Source of the DNA: Octopus vulgaris
Taxonomy: Eukaryota
Length of the DNA: 64,000 nt
Assembly: GCA_951406725.2 (NCBI GenBank)
Contig: OX597832.1
Location: 67,828,001-67,892,000 of the forward strand
Direction of reading: 5' to 3'
The notes beneath the pieces were generated by a model. It was given only the letters and a program-made list of their open reading frames with translations. It was not told the DNA's origin and did not search any database. Position 1 is the stretch's first letter; each line of letters opens with the position of its first letter. The translations under genes and the position numbers were made by a program. Below are positions 1 through 14,156 of the stretch, one piece after another.

Positions 1-837
1 TTCAGATGAGGGTTAAAGAGAATATTGTATTCAAATCTATAAAATTTTGCGGTAAATTTAACAAAAATGAAATAGAAGAAATGCAAGTACAATAAGAAAT
101 TCGCCATGCGTCATTCTTTGATTGAGATATCATTAAGAAAAAAAATTATCATTATTTCTTTTTAAGAAATGTAACCAATTTAATGTTGAAATATTTTTGC
201 TTTAATTTTACTTAATTTGATGTTTAATTTTTTATCACATCCTTTAATATTTGATTTTAAAAGTGACAGTCGATGATGGCTAAAAGTGTAGAAAAGTGCG
301 CAGTATTTAACTGTAATTAAATTTCCTCTCTCTTCTGTGTTCGAATCTTGCTAGGGGTCAGCTTTCGCTATCGTTCCTTCACTGATTATAAAAATAAATA
401 GTGATAATTTGGGAGAGACAGCAAATTCAATCCACTTCCGCCCTTTTTTCTTAATAAATGACCTCCTGCTTTTTACTGCGTTGGGAAAATGTCATCAAAA
501 TGGGAGAGCATGCGAGAGGAAGTCAATACGCCCGAGGACGTGTCAGCAATTCTTTCCATCGTTTGAAGAACAATAACATAAGTTCCAGTCTTGTATTGAC
601 ATCGATCTTAATAGACTATAATTTCCCAGCACATTGAAGTTGACTTCAGACTTTGTTTGAATTAAGGGATATAAAATTCAACTTTTTAGGTCAATGAGCC
701 TCAAATCCGGTTGAACACCGAAGAAACTATATTCGAGAAGTTAATTACATTAGTTTTGCTTCTAAGTTCAGCAGTCACCATTGTCTACATTACGGTTTAT
801 AGCTTCGAGAGTGACATAATAATTCAAATGAAATATT

Positions 838-1047
838 AGCTGCAAATGTTGGCACATTGCCAGCAATTTGGGGGAAGTGGGTAAGGCGATTACATCGACT
901 CCACTGCTCAACTGGTACTCATTTCATCGACTCCGCAATGATGAAAAGCAAAGTCGATTTCGGCAGAATTTGACCTCAGAACGTATAGTCGGACGAAATG
1001 AAACTAGACATTTTGCCCACCGTGCTAAAAAATTTGCCAATTCACCG
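838..1047 (-). mobile_element. Degenerate tRNA-derived SINE (same family as 10666-10900)
   Basis: Reverse complement resembles the 10666 copy (gcacg..gggcaaaatg, tcaaattctgccga, gtcgatgaaatgagtaccag). Confidence 0.7.
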
Positions 1048-1695
1048 GTTTATTCAGATGAAATATTACAATGATAAATACGTTTACGGCACAACAGACT
1101 GGTACCGTCTTGAAGGTGTCGAATAGAATATCTTAGGTTGTGCAAGTAATTTATGAAGCAGCATTTTGGCAGAGTCGGAAAGCTTCGCTTGCAGCAATCG
1201 TTCTGGCCCTCCACGCTGTTCAATTCCTTCGAGGTCACCATTTTATTCCATACATTTACTGTTGTTATATAAAGTAACAGCCCTATACTTGAACCGATTC
1301 TTTTCGTTTTACTTTCCTTCAGTTTGCTTCCCTTTCTGGAAGAAAACTGCTGTGGTCACATCTGGTGAAAAAACGGATGGGTCATCTCTAAGATGACGTG
1401 ACAACTTCCCTACGACTCAATAAAGCGGGATTTTGGATAAACGGAAAGGCATATGCTTACACTAAGTTATCTATCTAAATCTATGTTTGTGTCACTGTTC
1501 TGATGTTAGAAGTCATTAACATAAATTTGTTGTAAACTGTCATACTGTATTTTCATCGAAGCAAAATGTATAAACCCTTTACAATTTCAAGAACATGGCA
1601 TTTAGCACTACCTCTGTTATGCTTGTATTATTATCTTCACATTGATTTGCACCTGTGTCTCATTTGAATGCATATATGCGTGAGCGTGAACACAC

Positions 1696-1882
1696 AGGGC
1701 GAAATGCTTAGTGGCTTCTCGTCCGTCTTTCAGCTCTGAATTCAAAGAACATCGAGGTTAACTCCGCCTTTCTTCTTTCATTTCATCCTTTCAAGCTCGA
1801 TGAAATAAGTACTAGTTCAATGTTATCGATCTACCGACTACCCCCGAACTTGCTGGCTTTGCACCAAAATTTGCAGCCAATG
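1696..1882 (+). mobile_element. Degenerate tRNA-derived SINE fragment (10666 family)
   Basis: gggcgaaatgctta...tttcatcctttc...gatgaaataagtactag matches the family core. Confidence 0.6.
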
Positions 1883-2917
1883 TTTTATGTCAGTTTTATA
1901 TAAAACTAATTTAGAATTAAACGATAACTCAATACTTTTTAGAGTATGGACATTTGAACCTTATAAGGAACAACTTCGAAAACAACTTCAAATATTAGTT
2001 TAACTTACCTTTAGTCTGATAAAGACATGCAAAACAAGCCTACTAACTTTTTACCTGTAAAATTAATGTATGTATAGAGTGTTAATGCAAGATTATTGTG
2101 CGTGTGTGCCTCGTGTGTAATTATATCATTTTTACCTCACTAAAATAAAAATTCGATTTCTCAGTTGTAGAACTTTCTCTTCATTTTCTCTGCAACTCGT
2201 TACCATTAATTTGTGGTCGTTTCCCTCAGTAGTGAACCAACTCTACTATTTCTTCAGTATATGTTGAGATTTTATTTTAACTTTACAAAATGTTGCTGTT
2301 AAAACTTATTATGTAATACTCCGAGTTCCCTCCACCCCCCAAAAAGACAAGAAAAGAATGTTTGGCTGACTAACAAAACGTCTTGCCATGTGATCGTATG
2401 TGGCATATACTACTTCATTTGTAGTTTAATCTCCATTTAATGTTTCTCCAACAACAACAAAAACATTTGTATGTGTGTTGCGGTGACATGAGAAAGAAAT
2501 CCAGGTAGCATTCAAAAATTTTATGTAGTTTGAAAGAATAACGTCATTTTTTTTTAAGAGAATGACTGTGTAACTGAATGAAGGCATGAATGTATACATG
2601 AAAAAAAAATGAAGGAGAACTAAGAATAAAAGCTCACCAAGTGCTTAAAGTCAGGAAGTCTTTTCGGTAAAAGGTGTAAATGCTATATAGAATTTTAGTT
2701 GAAAACTATATGAAAGAAATATGAATCATGTGATTAACTGTCAAAGCGAAGAGGTAGAAGGAAATACAAATTAAAATATAGTGCAGTGCTTTATAGGGAA
2801 ATATATTGTTTGAATCATTGATCTGTAGATAGAGGGGAACACAGATGCATAGATAGACCGATAGATAGATAGAACGATCGATCGATAGATATAAAGATAG
2901 GTGCGTGCATATATATG

Positions 2918-2969
<52 letters not shown>

Positions 2970-3009
2970 TAAATAGGGATACATATGTATATATGTACGT
3001 ATATATATG

Positions 3010-3087
<78 letters not shown>

Positions 3088-3179
3088 TCCTCAGTGATCC
3101 ATAGATAGGAGAGGTGCAACCGGAGGGTAAATGTCTAAAAGAGAATCCGTAAAGAGTAGATAGGTAGAAAATCCAGTGG

Positions 3180-3362
3180 AGAAGTTCGTGTGTGATAAGA
3201 GATGACAGGATCAACTGGTGCGACCACGTGAGCGTATCATATAGTATAACGCTCAGGAATTGAAAAAGACTTCTACGTTTCGGGCCTACGCTCTTCTAAA
3301 GAAAGGGACACAGAAAAAAACAAGGAGAGAAAAAATGTGTAGTGGCTACCGATTTATCCATT
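3180..3362 (-). mobile_element. Short non-autonomous repeat with a hammerhead-shaped motif (family shared with 39887-40070 and 13925-14040)
   Basis: Minus strand reads gccactacacattttttctctccttg...ctttc TTTAGAA gagc gtag gccc GAAA cg TA gaag...ttcctgagcgttatacta, homologous to the 39887 copy. Confidence 0.6.
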
Positions 3363-4347
3363 ATATATATATTGGCATATATATAATATATATATACGCA
3401 TATATGTGTGAGTGTTGACATATATATATATCAATAGGGCCACCAAACCCACAATTTGACAAGTGTTTGTTGTTTCTCCCTTTCGCATATCAGCCTGTCT
3501 TCCGCCGTCTCTCTCTTTCATTCCTTCCCTCCAATTTCTCTCTATAACGACGTTTGACAGCTACGCCGTCTCTCTGTCACTCTTTCCTCCACCACCTCTC
3601 TCACTGTACGTCTGTCTGTAGCTATAGAGAGAAAGCGTTGACAGCCGCAAAAGCTTAAACATTCCCGCTAATCTTAATATATTATCGTCACCAACCCCTA
3701 GGCTTTAGTGACGGTAATCAATGTCTATAAAGCTGAATTGCGAAAAAGTTTTTTGATTTCTTGGTTATTTTTCTCATTTTGTGATGGGAACGGTTTAAGG
3801 GGCGGTTTCTCATGTTTACGTATTTTGCCTTTTATTTTTTATTGTTTACAGTTTTCATTTTTTCTGAAAGAAATTTACAGCTGCATGTAACCCGTGTTTA
3901 GAGCTTTCATTTGCATGGTTAATCGTCGAAAAAATTCCCAAAATAAGTACTAAAGTTAACAAAGAAATCCCTTTTTCTCCTTATTTTAAATCGCTCGAAT
4001 AGTGGCACGTACAAAAGGCAATTGTGCTTTCCGTTGTCACTGCCTGATATTCATGATTCATCTTTCAAAATAGTTCCTTTCTCAACTTACTCAAGGTCTT
4101 TTGTTTTTTTATAAATGGGAAAGAGATAGATAGAGAAAGATAGAGAGTAACAGAAATCGAGGGCAAGTCCGAGAGAAGGGAAGAGTAAGAGAGTGGGAAA
4201 GTGAGAGAAAAAGGAGAGAGAAACAAAGAGAGAGAAAGAAAGAAACAAGAAACAGAAAGGAAGCTTCAGAAAGTAACAACCACATCCTCACCCACCCTTA
4301 GAGCGGGTCACCTTAAGCTAGTATGTGTATATTTATGCATAAAAATA

Positions 4348-4397
<50 letters not shown>

Positions 4398-4535
4398 TAT
4401 ATATTTAAAACATTACGTTATATAATTAGGGTTCAGTAAAATAATTTACTTTACCACACACCGAACTTTTAGAAATAGTAGCCCAAAAATGTTAGCTATT
4501 TCCTCTACTATAAGAAAAGTCTCCCAGACAATGTA

Positions 4536-4898
4536 TACTCAAAAATAACTCACGCAGGTATAGAGGGAAAAATAACGAAAGATCACATGTACATCGATTA
4601 CTTGAGAATGCCGTTTCTGGATTAATTGGATATAGAGATCAACATTCAAAGCCTCATTCGTACTTTTTGAATTTGTTAGTACTAGCGGTCGAAGATGGTT
4701 TGTCTGGGATTACTCATATCAGACGGGTATGTTCGATTTTTAGTGCTCTCTAATTCAAACCTAAAGAAATCTTGGGCTGATGACGGAAATGTTGATCTCT
4801 ATATCCAATTAATCCAGAAACGGCGTTCTCAAGTAATCGATGTACGTGTGATCTTTCGTTATTTTTCCCTCTATACCTGCGTGAATTATTTTTGAGTA
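4536..4898. repeat. Inverted repeat with 111-bp arms (4536-4646 / 4788-4898), part of a (TA)n-flanked HHR element
   Basis: Arms are reverse complements with about 3 mismatches. Confidence 0.9.
4771..4833 (+). ncRNA. Type I hammerhead ribozyme motif
   Basis: cttggg CTGATGA cgga..(long loop)..tcca GAAA cggcg TT ctcaag. Stem I is 6 bp; the first stem II pair is a C.A mismatch. Confidence 0.65.
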
Positions 4899-4975
4899 AA
4901 TGATATTTTTATATATTGAACACTACTTGGTAAAATTATTAATTAATAATTAATTAATTTTACCCTTTTATTATT

Positions 4976-5018
<43 letters not shown>

Positions 5019-5213
5019 AATGTACCCGTATATACATATATATCATTAAAGAGATTATGTAAAGTTATACACATACATCGATACATTCTTGCATTGATAC
5101 ATACATACATACATATATACATACATACATACATACAAGCATACATACATGCATACATACATACATACATACATACATACATACATACATACATACATAC
5201 ATACATACATACA

Positions 5214-5247
<34 letters not shown>

Positions 5248-5949
5248 CATACATGCATATATTCATACATATTGTGATTATCAAGTTCACTGAAACTTGA
5301 AAGTTCGCGTATGTGTATGTAAAAGCTAATGGTTACACTATTCGATTCACGATCTTACTGATTTGAGTTCCATTCCCGACTCGGTAAGCGCAAGAGCATA
5401 TTATCTGAAGTATTATATTTAATTTCCTGTTGTTCAAATATACTCATCTGAACAGAGGTAGCAAACGCAATATATTGGAAGTTATTGTCTTGAGATGGAG
5501 AGTGGTGTAATTTATGAGTGTCATATTGTATTCTCAATTAGTCGACGCCTCAGCAATAACATTAAAGTCCTATGAATAAAAAGATACTTACGCACTCACC
5601 TCTGCGTGTACTGAATCTTATAGCAAGAATAGCTATATGCTAATGAAATTCGTTACATAATCTCCTATTCCCTTGTCATTCATTTAATGCCATACTATGC
5701 TCTGAACTCCAATATCGTTGTATTATGAAGCGTATGTATACTGTATTCGAACTCCAGCTTGCTTGTACCGCTATGCTTAAACAAAGTATTAAAGTATAAA
5801 CTTCAGAAAAGCTTTGCATATTTTTATCCTTCCACTTATAGGTTGTATTTGTAACGTGTGAGTGATTTGGTTGATTTCTGAAAATGCAGGCTCATCCAAA
5901 CTGTCAGTCATGCATTTACTCACAAAACCAAATGCGACAATTATTATTC

Positions 5950-6900
5950 ATACAAATGTAAATTGTAATCCGGATATAGAAGCTGGACGTTTCGAAGCAA
6001 TTGTCAATAGTTATCCTCTTTCTCCTTGATTTTCAAACTTATTCACATCAGCAGACCAACTAACCTCTATATGATACATACCTTCTCTTGCCTGTCGCAA
6101 ACAACAATATCTGGCCTCTTATGTTTACAACTGGCAGGTATTTTTATGGGAATGTTCCCCTAGTATTTCTTGTCTCGCTGTTCCTTTATATATTTAGTAA
6201 CAGTAGAATTTGTTATATGTATTCCAGGACAATCTTTTGTCCGGATGGCATTGTATATTGTTTTTTCAACAAAGTCGTGTCTTATGGGTAGATAGTACCT
6301 TGAATCCATTTTTGGGCAGCTTCAAATCACAGGTGTGATGTCTTCCATAGAAATATGAAGTAATCTTTATTTTAGGATACATCTTGGAGCTCAAAAAACT
6401 TCACTATCTCTCTTGTAAATTAAATTTTCAACAGCAAGCTCCTATTCTTGGATCGCAAAAGCATGGCTTTCGAAGTGAGATATGATGTACCGGTCACGAG
6501 TACTAGAGTCTTCGCTTCATGACGATATTACTTTCTTCCTTATGTTTTCGAGAGACATATCCATGCATAGTCTCTTTTACTATACTGAGAGACTCACAAC
6601 GAGCCTTCTTTGAGGGATGTTAGTCCTGCTGTTTTGGGGATGTATGGAAGATCATCGGGACTAAGTTAATGCATTTATTTTTGCTGCTCTTGTTTAACAA
6701 GTTCTGTCTATGATATTGTAGACAATCATTCCGGTCTCCTTTCCAAGTGTAAGAATTATTGCCCAGCTCTTTGTAAGCTTCACAATGGTACTAATTAAGA
6801 TAGCAGACACCTTTCCAAATGGAGATACCTCAGAAGCCATTAGTGGGGAATATAGTCAAATGCCTTCCTCTAGTCGAGCCATATTCTTGCAAGGCCACTG
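5950..6900 (-). pseudogene. Highly decayed non-LTR retrotransposon RT remnant
   Basis: Minus strand near 6845-6872 reads RKAFDYIPH*WLL, similar to DYKKAFDSIPHTWIL in the Dong element. Many stops; boundaries approximate. Confidence 0.35.
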
Positions 6901-7199
6901 TGATGATATTTGGAGTTTAAAAAAAAATTGAAACAGAAAAGCTTTCTTCGTCAAAAGTTGTTCGACACATCCCTATACACCGCTCTATCCACCGGCCTAG
7001 ATTACCACTTGCCCTATTAGCACACACACATACATGTATGTATCTATATTTCAAGATTCGTATAAGAGAGAAGTGTGAGATGGAAAGATAGAAATAAAGA
7101 GAGGGAGAAAGTGAGTGAGAGAATGCAAAGAAGTTTGGACACTGCTATTTTCCTATCAGTATGTGTTTTCTGGGTGTATGATCTTGATAGTATTTCGTG

Positions 7200-7790
7200 A
7201 CTGCCTCCGCAAGTTTGCATTGACGGGGTGGCCCTTTTGAAGATAGCATATTAATACAATGCCTTTTCCATCCTAAAAGTTGTGATCATCACCTTCCTTG
7301 CAGAAGAAATGATCTCGGCCTTCCTTGGAACAGGTAAGGACGGGTGCATGGATTATCTCTATATCTCTGACGCAAAGTAATCAATCCACTACTCATGCAG
7401 GGTTACGAAATGTTGAAGAAAACCTATTGTGTCTTCCTGAATCAGTGTCAGATTTTTACCTGTGATGTGATCAGCCACGTGCGCTTTTGATAAGGGTTCA
7501 GAACGTGTGGAACCATCGCGCAAGAACCTTCAGCATGCGAAGTCCTTTGTTACAGAATATTTCTGATGCTTTCAAGGAATATGGTAATAGCTCTGGCTGT
7601 AGATCTATAGTTAATAACCTGCTATTCACTACATGTGGCGCATCCAGACAATATTTGCCTCGGTGGTGGCAATCTTAGGATGTTCAGACTCTTCTTTCTA
7701 GTAAATTCAGCTGCTCTCTTTTGCACTATTGATAAAGCAGGAGCGACTTCCCCTAACGTAGCAATCATGTCAGTATGGAGGAGGATGGAT
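7200..7790 (-). pseudogene. Decayed mariner transposase
   Basis: Minus-strand translation gives LGEVAPALSIVQKRAAEF, MVPHVL (WVPRLL-like), FLQHFVTLHE*WI and PVPRKAEIISSARKVM. Confidence 0.65.
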
Positions 7791-7791
7791 G

Positions 7792-7858
7792 AATGTGGGA
7801 TTATGTCTGCTCATCATTGAAGCAGTATAATGTGGGATTATGTCTGCTCATCATTGAA
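7792..7858 (+). repeat. 30-bp direct duplication, 37-bp period
   Basis: aatgtgggattatgtctgctcatcattgaa occurs twice. Confidence 0.9.
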
Positions 7859-7972
7859 ACATTACCAAGTTCGACATTGTTGCTCTTGCATATCTACCAA
7901 TCTATATATCTATCACTCTCTTGGTCTCTGTCTGTATAATATGCGTGTGTATGTGTGCGTATGTGTGTGTGT

Positions 7973-8017
<45 letters not shown>

Positions 8018-8239
8018 TGCACGCTCGCGAGTATTTCTTAGTTTCCTTTGTTTTCTGCAACTGTAGAGTGTAGAGTTGTAAAAATAATGTCATCTTAAGA
8101 TCGTAGATGGTAGCTTCGAGAGCTGCACATGTCATGCGTATGATCGGACAATGTAGAAACCCAGGAATAGAGGGAACGCTTGGCTGGTTGCTTACTTCAG
8201 CGATCGATTTTCGATGTTCAGATGACAAAACGCATGGCT

Positions 8240-8510
8240 TATTGAGTAGTATATTCGGCGGCTCAGGATCGTAAATTTGTGAGTTCGATTCCTGTCGGCG
8301 TGCTGTGTCCTTGAGCAAGACATGTCGTTTATTTCATATTGCTCTAGTAATCCAAATGCCCAGACTTGTCACATTCTGTGTCACGCTGAATTTCCACGTT
8401 CTGGACACGCGTGTCTATTGGGTGCTCAACCGATTGCATGTCAATTTCAAGAACAAGTTATTCGCTTAATCCAATTAACTGCAACACTTATCCTCGTAAC
8501 CGATAGAGTA
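8240..8510 (+). mobile_element. tRNA-derived SINE with CORE-like segment (related copy about 61195-61400)
   Basis: B-box gttcgattcc followed by gtgtccttgagcaagac. Confidence 0.55.
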
Positions 8511-8873
8511 CCAAGTCTCTCAGTTTATAAGCGTGGTGTATTCACTAGAAACCTGTAAACTCTCCATGTCTGAATGCAGTTCCTATGTTTGTATGTAGCT
8601 TATTTCAAAATATTAATATAACGCAAAGCGAACATTTCCCCGTAATCCCGTGTTGATTAATGTTATCCACCAGAGAATATATTGGCAAAATATCATCTCC
8701 TGCTTACTTGATCCTTATCCCGTAAAGCTGGCCTCTCTGTTACATCTAGAACATTCTATACAACTCTATCATACCTCTTATTGAAATTAATCTCCGTTTG
8801 TGACAACTCCCCGTTAAAGATTATCACTAGTTTACAGGGAACATTGGGTAATATAATTCCGGTGTTTCATATG

Positions 8874-8917
<44 letters not shown>

Positions 8918-9065
8918 CATTTATATATACATGTTTTTGTACATTTTATAAAAGTATGCATATATAAGTTAGTATGTATGTATACTCGTACATAATGTGT
9001 ATGTGTGTGAGTGTATATATATGCATATATATATATATATGCATATATATATATATGCATATATA

Positions 9066-9095
<30 letters not shown>

Positions 9096-9098
<3 letters not shown>

Positions 9099-9980
9099 TG
9101 TTATATTTCGGAATGGTCATATTGCCAGTTTAGCCAATAAAAACACACGCACTATATATTTGGTGTTATTTTGCTTCAGTGATATTTATTTTTTACATTA
9201 ATCTTAATCTTATTTCGGCCAAAGTTCTTTCGTCACACTCCTGTGACCGCATCAGTGGTCCTTTGTTTTCTTCTCACTTACTTGTGTCTCTCCTTACTAA
9301 CCGTCAGCCATTTTGTATTTCTATTGTATGTCTTCATTTGCGCATGCTTATATCTCTATGTGCGTCTATGTTTATTTAGTGTGTGTGTGTGGGGGGGATG
9401 CCTGTAATATTTGTATCTTCTGGTTATATACATTCTTGTAATTTGTATTTTGTTTTTGTTGCTGTTGCTTTTGTTCTAATTTTGTTCATGTGTTTACATC
9501 CACCCATTATTATCATTACATATGCTTGTATGTATGTATAACAACAATATTAGTAATAATAATAATAAATCTAATCGAAAAAAAAAGAATATACATATAC
9601 ATATATATATATACATACATATACATATACATATATATATATATACATATATACACACATATATACACATATACATATACATATATATACACATATACAT
9701 ATATATAGATATTCATTTCTATTTCTTTAATTACCTGTGTATTTATTATGTTTGCAGGATCCACTATTGTCATATGTTGTGGTGTGCGCTATTGCTCCAT
9801 TCTAGTTTTCTATTCAGGCTAGGTTTATTTTCTATTATATGTGTAGCTTCTGTAATTTGTCTAATTGTTGCATCTGTTCTATGTGTGGACAATATCTTAA
9901 TCTCTATGTTATTGATTGATCCCCCGTGTTCTTGTTCGGCGTGTTGGTACAGAATCGATGAGCTTTTTAAATATTTAAAC
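9096..9980 (-). mobile_element. 3' fragment of a Penelope-like element (GIY-YIG C-terminus plus 3' UTR split by a microsatellite)
   Basis: 9770-9979 minus translates FKYLKSSSILYQHAEQEHGGSINNIEIKILSTHRTDATIRQITEATHIIENKPSLNRKLEWSN, the H..H / RQI.EA..I / P.LN.K.EW pattern of PLE endonucleases. Confidence 0.7.
9217..9261 (-). ncRNA. Hammerhead-like motif with a variant core (CUGAUGC)
   Basis: ggacca CTGATGC g gtcac aggagt gtgac GAAA gaac TT tggcc. Confidence 0.45.
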
Positions 9981-10090
<110 letters not shown>

Positions 10091-10665
10091 TAGATAGATT
10101 TATTACCGAGTTTATTTTCAAGTTGAAACTTCTCCAATTACGACACTTCGTTTCACGTTTCCGATCCTTAGGGTAATTACGTGATTTCGGTGACATTCCT
10201 AGATTGCATAAACGATTCACTGATTAAAAACAAATTTTACCAGACTAAAAAAAGCAAATATTCAAACGCTTCATTCTACGTTTAAAAGATAAAAATATGC
10301 GAAACAATGACACAATGATAGTTTAAACTAAATGACATGATAGAATTAAATGGAATAACAAAATTAATAACGGTAAAAAGTAGTAATGTACAAAAAAAAT
10401 AAAAGAATGATTATGGTTAAAGGAATCATGAATAGAAAGTGTGACACTGTCTCACTTTTTGTTCAGACATTGTGAACGCACCGATTTTTATTCTCTTGCG
10501 TTCGTGTCTATAATATTTACATAAGAATGCATGTAACATAAAAATGCAAAAACGTAAGTCATATTAGTAGCATGGCTTTTATTTTACGAAATGTTTCAGA
10601 CTACAAAATGTTGTGGAAAATATCTTTCCATATGGGATAAACCGGAATGGTATGTATGTGTGTGA

Positions 10666-10900
10666 AAGGCGGCGAGCTGGCAAAAGCGTTAGCACGCCGG
10701 GCGAAATGCGTAGCCGTATTTCGTCTGCCGTTAGGTTTTGAGTTCAAATTCCGCCGAGGTCGACTTTGCTTTTCATCCTTTCGGAGTCGATAAATTAAGT
10801 ACCAGTTACGCACTGGGGTCGATTTAATCGACTTAATCCGTTTATCCGTCCTTGTTTGTCCCCTCTGTGTTTAGTCCCTTGTGGGCAGTAAAGAAATAGG
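10666..10900 (+). mobile_element. tRNA-derived SINE, well preserved (Octopus OK-like / MESC-type core)
   Basis: A-box gagctggcaaaagcg, B-box gagttcaaattcc, core gtcgactttgcttttcatcctttcggagtcgataaattaagtaccag. Many copies in the window. Confidence 0.85.
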
Positions 10901-11255
10901 TATGTACGTGTGTGAATGTGTACGTATGTGTGCGTATGTGTGCGTGTGTGTATGTGTGCGTGTATGAACGTAAGTGTGAATATGCATGAATGTGGTTCTG
11001 AATGAATGCGCGTGTTTTATACGTGTGTCGGCTGGCAAGATGGATATTGATGCCCACATCAACAGCTTACCACGACTCTCACCAACGGAAGCAGATTGCT
11101 GCGAAATGAGTCACTGGAAATTCGGGAAAGGATGATTAGTTCGTAATGGGCGAATCGCCTCGTTCAGCTCTACTCTAGAAGCTTTTTGCCTAAATGCGAC
11201 TCTCGTTCAGCGACATTTTGGAAGATATGCCGCAACAGAGAGCAATCGGCAAAGT

Positions 11256-11289
<34 letters not shown>

Positions 11290-11447
11290 CGTCTACTCAT
11301 ATACTCAGCTCTACTGGTGCTTCGTATTTTTAGCAATACAGTCCACTAATCAGGAAAATCGTTCTTTGCGGCTGATACCGTCAACCATGTTGGTCAGATG
11401 ATATTACTATCTTTTTAACTCTGAAAGAAAATAAATAAAAAACAATG

Positions 11448-11524
<77 letters not shown>

Positions 11525-12177
11525 AATTGTGAGTGTGAAACTATTTGAAACTAAATAAATAGCGTATGAATGTTTGACATCAAATCATATTTTGTGTAGA
11601 TACACGGAATTTAATGCAGGATCAAATTATTGGAAACTGAATGGCTTCGATTTTTACTTGGATTCATGAAACGTGTGAGATGGTGCTAGCAAAGCTGTAA
11701 TTATAGATCAGCGTATGAAAACTGAATATCTAACAGACATCAAATAGATTACGTAAAACATATATGAAAGCGCACGCATAAAATACACAACCGCATATCC
11801 TACAGCACTACATATAAGATATTTAAATGGAGATATATATATATAACGGATGTATATTTATACAGATTTCTATGCATTTATATATACACAAGCCATGTAT
11901 ATAGAACATAGATATATGTAAAAATTATATACGCCACTAAAATATACAGAGTTATCCTTCAATTTACTGTTAAACTGTTTTGATATATAACTTCACGTAA
12001 AATGAAGCATTAATATGCGGGTGTGTATCTGTATATGTATATATTTATTTATATGCTGTAATCGTGTGTGTATGTATACGTAATTTCGATCAAATATTGT
12101 CATTCTTCATCTCACATAAGCTTTGTACTACAAAGGTAAATGCTTGTATGCGTTTGAGAAATGTAAAATAACAGATG

Positions 12178-12257
<80 letters not shown>

Positions 12258-12269
12258 ATGTATATATAT

Positions 12270-12425
12270 GGCTTCTTTCAGTTGCCATCTATCAAATCCA
12301 CTCACAAGGCTGTTGTCGGCCCGAGGCTATAGTAGAAGGAATTTGCCCAAGGTGCCACACAGTGGAACTCAACCCGGAACCATGTGGTTAGGAAGCATTT
12401 TCTTATCACACAGCCACTCTGCACC
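12270..12425 (-). mobile_element. tRNA-derived SINE (28511 family)
   Basis: Reverse complement matches 28511-28676. Confidence 0.8.
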
Positions 12426-12599
12426 TATAGCCTCTACACAGGTATGTATGTGTGTGTGTGTGTGTGTGTGTTTGTGCGTGTGTGTGTATGTGTGTGCGTG
12501 CGTGTGCGCGTGTGCATTTGTGTGTATGTAATGGGTGCAATGGGTGCAATGGGTAAATTGTCGCCATTTTATATTTTAATTTTGTGCATGAGTATTGGT

Positions 12600-13340
12600 T
12601 CTTTTTGATCTTGACGACTACACAGTATAGCAGGGCCTGCTGGGTACCGTCTGTGAGAAGAAATGCACTATGACGCAATTCACTCTGCAAGAGATTTGGA
12701 AACTACACGCTGCACTGCTTGCCATTCGCGCCAGAAGCTCTAGTACGGAGTGGCGGAAGCTCCAATACGAACATATACCGAGGGCAATGAAAGTCAAACA
12801 TCCAATCAACATCATGATGTTTTAATATTCACTAAAGATGGCGACGTTATGCCTCCATTCATCTTCCCACATGCGCTCAGACTCAACATGGAGACCTATA
12901 TCAAATGTCTGGATGAGGTAGTGTTGTCTTAGGTCAAGAAGGTGACTGCTGGAAGACACTATGCCTGGGAATAGGATTCTGCACCATGCCACAGAAGCTG
13001 GAGAACTCAGTCATGGCAGTCAGAAAATTTCTGTGACGACAACACCCCTAATATCTGGCCACCTAAATCCCCATATTGCAACCCTCTTGATTATTATATG
13101 TGAGGTACAGTTGAGCGAGAGACCAACAAATGAACTTAAGACAAGGAGACTACTCAGAAAAGTTCTAGGAGATTCCGAAGTCATTTGGAGGTTGTGTTTC
13201 AAGCCATTATTGAATAGATATACTCTTTAGTATTTCATGTTATCTTAATGTAATTTTGGTGCATATATGTTAAAATGAGATGTCACTGTTATTTTCATAT
13301 TTGCGTAATTTATACAACAGTATATTCACAGCATCCTGTA
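12600..13340 (+). pseudogene. Decayed Tc1/mariner-superfamily transposase with right end
   Basis: DGDVMPPFIFPHALRLN..YIKCLDEVV, DSAPCH, WPPKSPYCNPLDYY. Ends catcctg followed by TA. Confidence 0.75.
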
Positions 13341-14037
13341 TATATATATCAATGTTCACAGAACACCTCATTACAGCAAAGAATGAATAAAGAGGCATCT
13401 TTCATCAATAAATATCTTCCACAACGCAATATGAACACGTAACTTAATACAGAACACTACTAACCTTTTAATTAATACCACTAACATCCGTATATCCCAT
13501 ACACCATTCACATTACAGGATTATATCTACCCTAATTGCACCAAATCCAGAACTACTTACCTCCTTTACACGTAATTTTTTTACTCAAGGACTAGTAGAC
13601 CCGATGCCGTTCGGTAATCGGTGCGCATTCAAACCCAATGAACAGTAATTTTACGAAACCGGTATGCCTTTGAATCTCTTTAACAATTCACAATAAAGGT
13701 TTTTATTACTTTTATTCCTCCTCAGTTCATGTAATTGTATATATCTATCGTTACTTTTCATAAAAAGCCTTTACTTTTTTTGATTTCCAATGTGCATTTT
13801 CGTTTATTTTTTCTTCTTACTATTCCCTTACATATCTACGTGTAGTTTATATTTCCTTTTTGTAACATATTTCTATTATATATATATATATATATATACA
13901 TATATATATAGATATATATATATATATAGTTAATCCAAACAAGAAAACACAGAAAAAAAGAGAAAAAAAGGAGAACAAAACACAGCAACGCAGGACGTGA
14001 AACAATTAAAGTATTATTGACGCTCAGGAAAGAAGGG

Positions 14038-14069
<32 letters not shown>

Positions 14070-14096
14070 CATATATATATATATATGTGTGTATAC

Positions 14097-14151
<55 letters not shown>

Positions 14152-14156
<5 letters not shown>

